NCBI GenBank assembly: GCA_039680575.1
Contig: JBDKSP010000121.1
Span: 1-21,541, forward strand
DNA length: 21,541 bases
DNA from: Armatimonadota bacterium
Lineage (GTDB): Bacteria > Armatimonadota > UBA5829 > DTLH01
Direction of reading: 5' to 3'
Shown: piece after piece, positions 1-8,683 of the stretch
How positions within the stretch are numbered: the first letter of the stretch is position 1
Layout: every line of letters begins with the position of its first letter
Position numbers and translations under genes: made by a program
Notes under the pieces: generated by a model
Database searches by the model: none
Told to the model about the DNA's origin: nothing
Seen by the model: only the letters and a program-made list of their open reading frames with translations

Positions 1-8
1 AATCATGG

Positions 9-90
9 GTAGAGTCCGGCTCCTGCGGAACTCCCCGTGGTCCGGTGGGTCCACGGGGTAGATGGCCGCCACGGAGGACGGCCACTACAT
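9..90. repeat. REPIN-like composite: two inward-facing GTAG-tagged palindromes enclosing a CCCCGTGG..CCACGGGG hairpin
   Basis: + strand GTAG-AGTCCG-GCTCCTG-CGGAACT (9-32). - strand ATGTAG-TGGCCG-TCCTCCGTGG-CGGCCA (90-63). Inner hairpin 33-58 matches 18580-18605 and 19187-19212 (inverted, 1 mismatch). Confidence 0.75.
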
Positions 91-122
91 CAAGCTGACC
101 CGCTATTAAGACAGGATGTTAC

Positions 123-3100
123 TTAGTCCAGCAAATCCCGCAGTTTCGGGACATCTGGAATATCAGGCTTCAGACTTTCAAAGCTGTTCTGGAGTCTGCT
201 TGTGAAGTCCTTCAGATTGGGAATTTCCAGTCTCGGCAGCGTTGGTAATTCGGGAAGCTCGAGCATATCCGCAAACCCTGGTAAGTTTACGAGGTTAGTC
301 AACTTGCTTATATCGGGGATATTCACCGCATCCAGCAGATCGGGCGTATAAAAGACGTTCGGCGTGTCGGTGCCTACTGTAGGCGGCAGCGTGCCTGCCT
401 CACCAAGTGTGAAGCTGACTGCCCAAGCGTTATCAGCCGGATGGAAATCCTCCTCCTTGGCATGAAGCACAGCATGGACACGCGGAGTGCGCTGGGGATC
501 AAACTTAAATGCAAATTTTGCCTCGACGCTCTTACCGGGGTCCATGGTTCCAAGCTTCTGTGACGCGAATGGCTTGGGTTTCTCCATAAGGTCCAGGTTT
601 TCGCCGTCATAGAGATCGAGGACCACGTCGGTGGCCGAAGCCTCACCGATATTGTGCACCTGGAATATCAGCGGCAGTTTCTCGCCTGCTTTCAGTTCGG
701 CAGGGAGCTTCGGCATGGTATTTGCGGCTAGCACAAGGTCTGGTTTCTTGTGGTTGCGTTCAGTTCCCGCGCCTTTTGCAATACCATCGGCTTCCTCCTG
801 ACTCGCGGCTACCACCGGCAGTTGGCTATACGCCCATTTTGCAATGAGGCGTTGCTCAGAAGAATAGATAAAATGGCCCTGCATCGAATCGTCGATTTTG
901 ACATCAACAGTGTTTCCGGCAAGCCGTCCCATCGCGCCTCGCACTATGTTTGTTGGCACAGGGAAGAGATAGACGCCCTCCAGGACTGTGTCTTTTGTTA
1001 CACCAATCTCCGTCCCGTTCACCAGGAAGTGCGCGCTGAACGGCGGATAATCTTCACGGCTGTTCTCCAGATGGAATGTCACTTCCAGCCACGCCTTCTC
1101 AATAACGCTCTGCGAGCTGGGTAGGGTCATAGGCGAAGACCACGTTTGCCCGTTATCCGCACTTGTGATGCGATACATAAGGTCAGTTACACCGCTGATG
1201 TCGCTGTGGTAGGTTACTACCAGTGTATCGCCGTAGCAGACGATTGCCGGATATTCGCTATAGGCGCTATCGTTTGTCAAACGCTGTGCCGTTTTTGCGG
1301 TCATATTGGTGATCGCAGTATGCCACACTTCACTTGCCGCGTCTTCGCCTTCTCGCCATACGACATGGAGACTGCCATCTTTACCGGTGGTAATCTGCGG
1401 TTCACCGCAGGCCTTATCGGAGTTTGAGAGCGTGATCGGTTCGCCGGTGGAGACAGCGTTATGATTCAACGAACGGAATTGTATCCGTGACTTACCTGCT
1501 AACTGTGAGGCATAAGCCACCCCGAATCCGCCTTTCATTGCAGCCAATTGCGGCCAGCGCTGCGTTTCACCAGGTTGCGCAGGCAATGCAACTTCGGGTT
1601 CAAATGTCTTGCCGCCATCGCGGCTGATACGCAGGTAGATGCGGCTGTCACCATTGCGCAGGTCTTCCCAGGCGGCGGCAATGTAACCTTCAGCGCTGGT
1701 CAGTATCACTGGGTCATCCACGCCCTTGCTGTGGTCGGTCAGGTAGGTTATCGGCGTCCAATTCATCATTGAATCGTCTGTGGAACTGCGCAGCGCAGCA
1801 TTGCTCTTTCTTCCTGATGCAGCGTCGACCCATGCGATGATGGCACGGCCGTTCGCATCAAAACGCGCGAATGGCCATGTAGCCGCGTGTCCTTTTTCGT
1901 TGAGCTGTGAGAGGTCTGCGGTGAGATTGTCGTCAACCGACATCGGGTAAGCGCCGAAAATCACCGTCGGGTCGCCATCCGGCGATGGCACGAAGGTCAC
2001 AATACCCATATTGCCACCGGACGTGATTACTGTGGGATACAGCGTATCCTGCGTCGCAAGTTCCGGCAACCGGTTCAGCACTGCCGGACGGATAACCGCT
2101 CCGCGGTAGCCTGTGACGGCTATGTGGTCCGGCTGCGGGTCTATCGGGCTGCTGAAGATCCCTGTGACTCCTGCCCATATCTTGCCAAACATATAACCCA
2201 TGTTATCTGAAAACGAAGCGTCACTCCACGAATGACCGAGACCAGTGCAATACTGCTGACCGTTGCTATCCGTGCTATGAGTGCCGCCCTGATTAACACA
2301 CCAGCCTGCGAAGCTGCCGCTGTCGCTGGACGTATTCGCCAACCCATAATAGACCTGTTTGCCCGCCGGGACTTCAAAGTGCAGTGTGATTCCCTGAGGG
2401 TTGGCGTCCGGCATACCGCTGACTTCGATGCGCACATCCGTTTTCGGCATTCCAAACCACAATCGCGGCGCCACCGTAAACTCCACAGCGCCATTCTCCG
2501 GTATAAAAACGTCCTGGCTGACATCAGGAATGAAACGCACCATATTCTTCTGCTCGGCGTCCTCAGTCTGCACACCTATGTGCCATACTGGCGCGCCGCT
2601 ATTCTTCAGTCGACAGGTATATGCCAGTGTGGCAGGGTCCTGTCGGACAACTTCCAGGCTCAAACGCGCATCAGGATAACGCGTTGTCATACGCATTATG
2701 GCCGTATCGTCGGGCTGTTCACCGTTTTCCACAAAAAGACCGAGCTTCAATTCCGCATCCTTCAGCGGTTTGTTTGGTGTGTTGAGGATGAAGCGGACAT
2801 ACTTCCACTGTCCTGGCCCGAGAGTGCAAGCTTCGTCGATAGAGCCCTCACCCACGAAACCAGCGGTGACATCAGGAAGCTGAGCTATCGGACGCAGTAT
2901 AAATTTCTGCGGTGTATCGCCGCGGTTTATCACAGCCACCACTCCACGCCGGTCATAACCGGTGAGAGATGAGAATGTGAATACATCCTGCGCGAAGCCT
3001 ATGCCTTTTGGTGCGTTGCTGCGTACAGGGCGTTCTGCCGCCTGGGTGGAAAGCCGCGGTGTACCGGTCTTTACCGCTTCAACCACTTGCGCGAGGGCGG

Positions 3101-3647
3101 CGTCAAACGCGTTGCCAAGCACTGAACCGCGCAGCTGAGCATCATCCAATGGACGCCCAACAATATCTCCAGGCTCAGGTCCGCGATTCGGCCGCTGAGT
3201 CTCTTTAGCGGTGGCTTTTACAGGTGCCACGCCTGTGGCAGTCGCTACATCAATAAGTCCGCCGCTTAGAATCACTTCAGCCTCGCCGACTTCAACTGCG
3301 CCGAGCAGCGGAATGTTTTTTTCTTTTACCTCATAACGAATACTGCGAATCTGTACCAGCAGCACGCCCGTGCATCCCTGCTCACGAGCCAAACCTACAA
3401 GTGTTTCAAAGTTTGGCCTCTGCTCCGCATCCATAAATTCCGGCCATTCCAGGAGCACGGCCTCACCCAGCTTCGTTTTCTGTAAGTCTGATATAATTGC
3501 GGTTTGCAAGCTCGCACGCAGGTCATCGGAGGCAAATTCCGTTTCCACACTCTGCGCCACTATCACCGGCAGCACTCCGATCCGCACCGCAGACCAAGCC
3601 GGAATCGCTAGTATCAGGATAAACAACACAAGAAAGAATGTACGCAT
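123..3647 (-). CDS. Large secreted multidomain protein (~1174 aa): signal peptide, CsgG/TolB-N-like alpha/beta domain, Ig-like domains, Asp-box (BNR, sialidase-like) propeller, C-terminal CARDB-like domain
   Basis: ATG at 3647 with GGAG SD (3658-3655) and signal peptide MRTFFLVLFILILAIPAWSA, so the ORF-track start 3746 is probably too long. Asp boxes SRDGGKTF and SADNGQTW. CARDB-like pattern KPDLVL..VHNIG..A..V.L..ADN. Confidence 0.8.
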   Translation of the reverse strand: MRTFFLVLFILILAIPAWSAVRIGVLPVIVAQSVETEFASDDLRASLQTAIISDLQKTKLGEAVLLEWPEFMDAEQRPNFETLVGLAREQGCTGVLLVQIRSIRYEVKEKNIPLLGAVEVGEAEVILSGGLIDVATATGVAPVKATAKETQRPNRGPEPGDIVGRPLDDAQLRGSVLGNAFDAALAQVVEAVKTGTPRLSTQAAERPVRSNAPKGIGFAQDVFTFSSLTGYDRRGVVAVINRGDTPQKFILRPIAQLPDVTAGFVGEGSIDEACTLGPGQWKYVRFILNTPNKPLKDAELKLGLFVENGEQPDDTAIMRMTTRYPDARLSLEVVRQDPATLAYTCRLKNSGAPVWHIGVQTEDAEQKNMVRFIPDVSQDVFIPENGAVEFTVAPRLWFGMPKTDVRIEVSGMPDANPQGITLHFEVPAGKQVYYGLANTSSDSGSFAGWCVNQGGTHSTDSNGQQYCTGLGHSWSDASFSDNMGYMFGKIWAGVTGIFSSPIDPQPDHIAVTGYRGAVIRPAVLNRLPELATQDTLYPTVITSGGNMGIVTFVPSPDGDPTVIFGAYPMSVDDNLTADLSQLNEKGHAATWPFARFDANGRAIIAWVDAASGRKSNAALRSSTDDSMMNWTPITYLTDHSKGVDDPVILTSAEGYIAAAWEDLRNGDSRIYLRISRDGGKTFEPEVALPAQPGETQRWPQLAAMKGGFGVAYASQLAGKSRIQFRSLNHNAVSTGEPITLSNSDKACGEPQITTGKDGSLHVVWREGEDAASEVWHTAITNMTAKTAQRLTNDSAYSEYPAIVCYGDTLVVTYHSDISGVTDLMYRITSADNGQTWSSPMTLPSSQSVIEKAWLEVTFHLENSREDYPPFSAHFLVNGTEIGVTKDTVLEGVYLFPVPTNIVRGAMGRLAGNTVDVKIDDSMQGHFIYSSEQRLIAKWAYSQLPVVAASQEEADGIAKGAGTERNHKKPDLVLAANTMPKLPAELKAGEKLPLIFQVHNIGEASATDVVLDLYDGENLDLMEKPKPFASQKLGTMDPGKSVEAKFAFKFDPQRTPRVHAVLHAKEEDFHPADNAWAVSFTLGEAGTLPPTVGTDTPNVFYTPDLLDAVNIPDISKLTNLVNLPGFADMLELPELPTLPRLEIPNLKDFTSRLQNSFESLKPDIPDVPKLRDLLD

Positions 3648-3792
3648 GTAAGCACTCCATATTAGCGGCAATTTGCCATACATTGAAACGCGAAAAGAGG
3701 ACTGTGCATAGTTGGGGTGAATGCCCAGTTGATCAGGAGGTGCCAAAGCATAGGATTACAGCCCAATCTCGAGATTACGATGTCGGCTCGCA

Positions 3793-3965
3793 ATATCCGC
3801 ACAGGTTATCCGAACACGGTTTTTTCATTATGCCGCTCTGGTCGCAGGCACTTTTTTCATAGCGCTGCCGGGCTTCCAGCGGCATCATAAAGCCCAGCTT
3901 TTTCATCTGCAAATGGCGATTGTAATTATCGCGAAATTCTAGCACAGCCTGCTTACCTCGTCAAT
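3793..3965 (-). pseudogene. Degenerate C-terminal fragment of an IS DDE/integrase-core transposase (IS3/IS481-like) with possible decayed right end
   Basis: Minus strand reads IDEV/(frameshift)/QAVLEFRDNYNRHLQMKKLGFMMPLEARQRYE, resembling the 'E.R.AV..F...YN..W...KLG..SP..AR' tail of integrase-core transposases. Recognised from memory, not searched. Confidence 0.55.
3936..3964 (-). promoter_or_regulatory. Putative sigma70 promoter directed at the 123..3647 gene
   Basis: TTGACG-17 nt-TAGAAT with TGn extended -10 (TGC TAGAAT). Confidence 0.5.
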
Positions 3966-4047
3966 GCCAATGGCAGGGTGCATGCCAAATTCATGGTATG
4001 GGCCAAAATAAAGATAATGTGAGGCATGGTTTTCATGTAGTTATGTC

Positions 4048-4089
4048 GAATTCTCTCTTATAGATCATCTATAAGGGAGAATTCTTTTT
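4048..4089. promoter_or_regulatory. 18-bp near-perfect inverted repeat followed by T5 (operator or terminator) upstream of the ECF sigma gene
   Basis: GAATTCTCTCTTATAGAT-C-ATCTATAAGGGAGAATTC (4048-4084, one mismatch/G-U), then TTTTT. Confidence 0.55.
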
Positions 4090-4162
4090 AAAATCGTGTA
4101 ATATATTCCTGCCTAAAGTAATCATACATTTGGAAAGCGATAGCACGGCAAGGAGAAGGTAT

Positions 4163-4708
4163 TTGCGTTCAGATGAACAGATAATCATACAGGTGATCGG
4201 AGGCGATAATGATGCATATTATGAACTTGTGCAGCGCCATCAGGGCGCTGTATATCGACTTGCATATCGAATGCTGAATCGTGCTGAGGATGCTGAGGAC
4301 ATAGTCCAGGATACATTTGTAAAAGCCTATTTGCGGTTGGCTGAGTGCAAGGATAGATCCAAATTTGCGGCATGGATCCGGCGGATAGCTGTTAACACTT
4401 GCCTTTCAAGGCTACCGAAAGAGATACCTTCTGACAACGTTGAGATTATGAGTGATGCGGAGGCGCCGCTTGATGATCCGGTAATGTCAGAAGTCATCAG
4501 GCGGATAGAACGAGACCATGTCCGTGATATTATAGCGCGTTTGCCGACGGATTACAGAGTTGTTATTATACTTCGCTATGAAGAGGACTTTTCCTATAAG
4601 GAAATTGCGGAGATTCTTGGTGAGCCAATATCGAGAATATCGGTGCGGGTGCATAGAGCAAAGAAAATGCTGGCTCAGAAATTGGTGGTGACAGCAGATG
4701 CAGTGTAA
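4163..4708 (+). CDS. ECF (sigma-70 group 4) RNA polymerase sigma factor
   Basis: Region 2 (AEDIVQDTFVKAY, FAAWIRRIAVNTC) and region 4 HTH (LPTDYRVVIILRYEEDFSYKEIAEILG..RVHRAKKML). TTG at 4163 follows AGGAG (4151-4155). Alternative TTG at 4130. Confidence 0.95.
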   Translation: MRSDEQIIIQVIGGDNDAYYELVQRHQGAVYRLAYRMLNRAEDAEDIVQDTFVKAYLRLAECKDRSKFAAWIRRIAVNTCLSRLPKEIPSDNVEIMSDAEAPLDDPVMSEVIRRIERDHVRDIIARLPTDYRVVIILRYEEDFSYKEIAEILGEPISRISVRVHRAKKMLAQKLVVTADAV

Positions 4709-5459
4709 AGAAGTTCGTGAAAAATTGTATATGTATTTGGATGGTGAATCCGATAGGCATGAGGCTTTGGCAATACAAGATCACCTTAGTAAGTGCCAGG
4801 AGTGCCGCAATTGGGAGCAGTCTTTGTCATCAATCCAGACATTGGTCTCTGAGAGTCTTCATGACGACACTCGCTACCCTGACCTGTCGACTGAAATAAT
4901 GTCTCAGTTGCCAATCAATGCAAAGCCGGCGCGCAAACCAGTGTGGGCGTTCGCTATTGCTGCCGCAGTCCTGCTATTGATTGCTGTTGCTGGTTTGATA
5001 AAACAAAAGCCGACTCCAGATTTACCGGCTGCAAGTCATCAACTTGTGCATAAGAAGCCGATTGAGCGCAAAACGATTGTAGAGCAACCCAATGCACCAA
5101 AGCAATCTGCCGTTAAGGAAAAACTGCCGTATCGCCAACCACCGAAAATGCATTTTACCAAGCAGAAGCATTTTGTTCATGTGCATCGTAGTAAAAATCT
5201 GACAAAAAGGGAATTGGTCGCTGAAAAGAATGAAACAAAATCAACAACCTCAAATCAAAAAATGAAGATTCATATTGATATTGTTCCTGCTGAGTGCTCT
5301 TGCAGCAACAATACAGCGAGCATGATTGCCATGGTCAATATAGACGGCAAAATAACGAAACTCGAATATATGCCGACTAGAGAGCTTAATGAACCCATAC
5401 CAGGTGCGGAAACCATCGAGCGACCGCCTCTTAATGATATGTGGCGTTCGAATGATTAA
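4698..5459 (+). CDS. Zinc-finger (zf-HC2/ZAS) transmembrane anti-sigma factor
   Basis: C..(YLDGE)..HLSKCQEC HxxxCxxC motif and one TM helix (WAFAIAAAVLLLIAVAGLI). Overlaps the sigma stop by 11 nt. Confidence 0.9.
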   Translation: MQCKEVREKLYMYLDGESDRHEALAIQDHLSKCQECRNWEQSLSSIQTLVSESLHDDTRYPDLSTEIMSQLPINAKPARKPVWAFAIAAAVLLLIAVAGLIKQKPTPDLPAASHQLVHKKPIERKTIVEQPNAPKQSAVKEKLPYRQPPKMHFTKQKHFVHVHRSKNLTKRELVAEKNETKSTTSNQKMKIHIDIVPAECSCSNNTASMIAMVNIDGKITKLEYMPTRELNEPIPGAETIERPPLNDMWRSND

Positions 5460-5478
5460 AACTATAGAGGGAGATACT

Positions 5479-7215
5479 ATGTTTAGGTCTAGATTATTGA
5501 TTTTTCTCGTTTTAGCGTTGATTTGCGCAGGCATCAACGCATCTGCACAAACTTTGTATATGGAAAACCTGGATGCAGCCCAACTTTTGGTTCGAGATTA
5601 TTTACCATCGACCGGCGGGTGTGGACCAGCGCTCTCTCCTTACAGCAGCTTTCTTGCAGATGGAAAATACTTGAATACTATAGCATACACCGACAGTTAT
5701 GGCGAAGTCTGGTTAGCTGAAGACATTAGCGTGGACTATGATATAAGCTGGCACCTTACTATAGGTGGACATCCTGAAGCCCTATGGAAGCTGCAATGTA
5801 AAAAGGCTGATAACGTAACAGGTCTGCCTGTGCAACGCACTGGATATGAAGCAGGACGCAATGTTGACTGGTCTCCGGACGGCAAGACCCTGGCTTTTTC
5901 ATACAACGACTGCCGTTTATACATTGCCGATGGTATTAGTGTTATATGCAAGTACGCAAATGTCCGTCCAGTAGCGGAAATAAAGAAAAAAGATGATAAG
6001 TGCTATTCAGTGCGTGAGCCACGATGGTCACCGGATGGCGAGAAGATCGCCTTTGTTAGATACTTGGAAGTAGACCATTCGAAGCAGCAATTACGGCCAG
6101 AATTAGCTCAAATATGGATCCTTGATGTCAAAACAAGGACGGAAACGATGGTCGCGAACGATCTTTGCAATGGATACAGAGGCTCATGGAGCGATCAGCC
6201 CTGGTCGCCTGATTCTAAGTCTCTTGTATATGCCGCTGAGCATAGAGGTACAACAAAAAGCAGGGTTGACATTGTAGTTGTATCTATTGATGGCAAAACA
6301 CGCAGGGTCATTAGCGGCCCGTCAGGGGGTTCCAGCCCATCATTCCACCCAAAGCTGAATAAAGTCATATTTAGCGGCCCAGTTAAATATCCGATAGGCA
6401 GTCTTAATGGCAAGGATGGAGCCGAGGATGATTTTTCGACAAGTATATTCAGAATATGGATGGCAGATGCTGATGGAAAGAACCCGGTAGTTGCATGTCC
6501 CTCATTGGAACCAAACGAACAGCAGTTGAAGGAAGTATCAAAACATACCAATCAAATAGCGTCCTCAAAGATTTTATCTGCACTGGGAGATAACTTGACC
6601 CAGAGTGAGAAGATAAAGCTGCAGTCGGATAAGCTGAGACTATCTGAAATCAGCGATATTTCTATCATTGCGGTAGCAAGGAAAATCAGCGGAGATTACC
6701 TTAAGGCCACTGAAGAGATGCTTGCATCGAAAAAAGAAAACTCGAAAAAATACAAACAGGCGCTGGCAAAACGCGAAAAAATCAAGGACTCTCTGTCTCA
6801 GGAAGAGCGGTTTCTGATTTATTCGTTCAACTCGCAGGTTTTCCATTATGCGGCTGCTGAAGCACTGCAGCCTTATGGTCTTGGAGAATTTTCTAGTGCC
6901 ATCTCACCTGATGGAAGCAAGCTGGCATTCGCCACTCATAACATTGTGAAAAACAGGCTAACATATATAGTTTATTGCCAGGATACAAAAACCGGTAAAA
7001 CGCATCGATTATTTGAAGATGCAGCTGTAGATCAGATTAAGTGGTCTATGGATAGCAAGTATCTAATGATACAGAGTAGGCGCTTGGTTGGTAATAAATG
7101 GGAAAATATCACCGGTGATGGTTATCCAGAGATGTATAAATTATGCTTGTCTTTATATAGACAGCCATCAAGGTCTCTTGGATACCCTGAGATATGGCTG
7201 CTTCAGCCTAAATAG
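5479..7215 (+). CDS. Secreted TolB-like/PD40-repeat beta-propeller protein
   Basis: ATG 5479 after GAGGGAG SD, signal peptide MFRSRLLIFLVLALICAGINASA. Repeats WSPDGKTLAF, PRWSPDGEKIAF, PWSPDSKSLVY, PSFHP, ISPDGSKLAF, WSMDSKYL. Confidence 0.85.
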   Translation: MFRSRLLIFLVLALICAGINASAQTLYMENLDAAQLLVRDYLPSTGGCGPALSPYSSFLADGKYLNTIAYTDSYGEVWLAEDISVDYDISWHLTIGGHPEALWKLQCKKADNVTGLPVQRTGYEAGRNVDWSPDGKTLAFSYNDCRLYIADGISVICKYANVRPVAEIKKKDDKCYSVREPRWSPDGEKIAFVRYLEVDHSKQQLRPELAQIWILDVKTRTETMVANDLCNGYRGSWSDQPWSPDSKSLVYAAEHRGTTKSRVDIVVVSIDGKTRRVISGPSGGSSPSFHPKLNKVIFSGPVKYPIGSLNGKDGAEDDFSTSIFRIWMADADGKNPVVACPSLEPNEQQLKEVSKHTNQIASSKILSALGDNLTQSEKIKLQSDKLRLSEISDISIIAVARKISGDYLKATEEMLASKKENSKKYKQALAKREKIKDSLSQEERFLIYSFNSQVFHYAAAEALQPYGLGEFSSAISPDGSKLAFATHNIVKNRLTYIVYCQDTKTGKTHRLFEDAAVDQIKWSMDSKYLMIQSRRLVGNKWENITGDGYPEMYKLCLSLYRQPSRSLGYPEIWLLQPK

Positions 7216-7250
7216 ACAGAGATGCTTTAAGACGATAATGCCCTATCATG

Positions 7251-7289
7251 GAAAGAAAAGCCGATGGGTTCACCTTGCTCTCGGCTTTC
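7251..7289 (-). terminator. Probable intrinsic terminator between convergent genes
   Basis: AAAGCCGA (7257-7264)/TCGGCTTT (7281-7288) stem. On the minus strand it runs into TTTTCTTTC. Confidence 0.5.
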
Positions 7290-7370
7290 AGCTTCTTCAT
7301 GAAGTCAAAACCGCCGTACTTCAGCTAAAGCAAACGCACGAGTGTAATTTTCGTTAAGAGTGCAGCTGCA

Positions 7371-8462
7371 CTACTTTACCTCGACCATCTTGTAATTCTG
7401 CTCGCCTATTCCTATCTTCGCGGCTTCCTCGCACTGGAGATACGGGTCTTTGCCGTGGATTTTCATGAATAGATGTCCCGGGACATCCCGCACTTCGAGC
7501 GGACGCGGCAAAGAACCTTCTATATAGTCCTCGGTCTTAATCATATCTATTGATGCCTGCTCGACGGACACTATATCCGTGCTCGCGAGTATCCCGATAT
7601 CCGGGACTATGGCTGGAGAACTGAACCCCCAGCAGTCGCAGAACGGCGTGACACTCGTGACATGGTTGATATAAAGCACTCGCCCCGGCTCGAACGTATC
7701 GAGACAAGCCTTCGTCACCTTCGCCATTCCTGTCTGGAACTGCCTGATGCCTTCATCGTTTATCTTTATCGTCTTTTGAGGGCACGCTGTTACACAGTGC
7801 ATGCAGTAGCGGCAGTTGTGCGAGTTGATCTTGAAATTACCCTCTTTATCGAACCTTACAGCCTCCGAAGGACAATTATCGCGGCAGAGATAACAATGCG
7901 TGCAGAGTTCCGAGTTCCAGTCGAATTCGGTCTCCATAAGCGCATGTATTGCGCCACGGCTCTTGCTGGTGACATTGCCCATCCCTATATTCTTGATCGC
8001 TCCGCCCCATCCGCAGTGCCCATGGCCTTTGCCGTGGCTGTAGACGATCATAGCGTCAGCATTCACGATCTCTCCGCACATCCTGACTTTTTTCAGTGAC
8101 TTGTAGTCTATTGGAACGTTGACGTAATAATCCTCGTTCAGTCCAGCGGCGGGAATTATGGGAGCGCCAAGCACTTCCTCCGTATAGCCTCTGTGTTTCG
8201 CGGATGGTATTGCACTGGCCCCATCGGTCACGAACGGTTTACCGCCTGCGTCTTTGACTTCCTGGACAAGCATCCTGACAAAGAGCGGAGGAATCGTTGT
8301 GTAGCCCAGATTTCCACCCAGGTGCATCTTTATCGCGACGGTCTTTCCGTCGAACATATCTTTAAGTGAATATTCCTCTAAAAGCCGACTAAATTTGGCC
8401 GGAAGGCTGGCGTTTGCCCGCAGCGCACTCATCTTCGCTGAGGCAAAATGAACTATACTCAT
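7371..8462 (-). CDS. DUF362 domain-containing iron-sulfur protein with 2x[4Fe-4S] ferredoxin insert
   Basis: VAIKMHLG, GGKPFVTD, SHGKGH..GGAIKNIGMG, CTHCYLCRDNCP and CRYCMHCVTACP, PFCDC, DIGILASTDIVSVEQAS. Confidence 0.9.
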   Translation of the reverse strand: MSIVHFASAKMSALRANASLPAKFSRLLEEYSLKDMFDGKTVAIKMHLGGNLGYTTIPPLFVRMLVQEVKDAGGKPFVTDGASAIPSAKHRGYTEEVLGAPIIPAAGLNEDYYVNVPIDYKSLKKVRMCGEIVNADAMIVYSHGKGHGHCGWGGAIKNIGMGNVTSKSRGAIHALMETEFDWNSELCTHCYLCRDNCPSEAVRFDKEGNFKINSHNCRYCMHCVTACPQKTIKINDEGIRQFQTGMAKVTKACLDTFEPGRVLYINHVTSVTPFCDCWGFSSPAIVPDIGILASTDIVSVEQASIDMIKTEDYIEGSLPRPLEVRDVPGHLFMKIHGKDPYLQCEEAAKIGIGEQNYKMVEVK

Positions 8463-8581
8463 ATCCGATATTGAACCTCACTGCATGTTTTCTGCCACTA
8501 ACCTTATTATATCTGCCGGCTACATTTACCTCTTTACTCTTTAGCCGACACTGAGAGCATAATTACTGACGGCATAATCGC

Positions 8582-8611
8582 TTGACACCTCGCTTGCCTC
8601 AACCCTATAAT
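8582..8611 (+). promoter_or_regulatory. Consensus sigma70 promoter of leuS
   Basis: TTGACA (8582-8587)-18 nt-TATAAT (8606-8611). Confidence 0.8.
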
Positions 8612-8635
8612 TTGTGATGTAATACAGACTATAAA

Positions 8636-8675
8636 GACGGAACTGAGGCATCACCCCGGTTCCGTTAATTTATTT
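8636..8675 (+). promoter_or_regulatory. Terminator-like hairpin in the leuS 5' leader
   Basis: GACGGAACTGAGG-CATCA-CCCCGGTTCCGTT then AATTTATTT, between promoter and start codon. Confidence 0.45.
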
Positions 8676-8683
8676 CGGACAGA

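Noticed and set aside
3973..3988. Sigma54-like TGGCA-N-CTGC on the minus strand
   Set aside because: Imperfect -12 element, no activator context, and likely a chance match at the edge of the IS relic.
5389..5478. Upstream start of the PD40 protein
   Set aside because: Overlaps the anti-sigma gene. ATG 5479 has an SD and begins the signal peptide.
8612..8683. T-box riboswitch upstream of leuS
   Set aside because: Leader too short and no T-box (GGTGG-ACC) or specifier stem seen.
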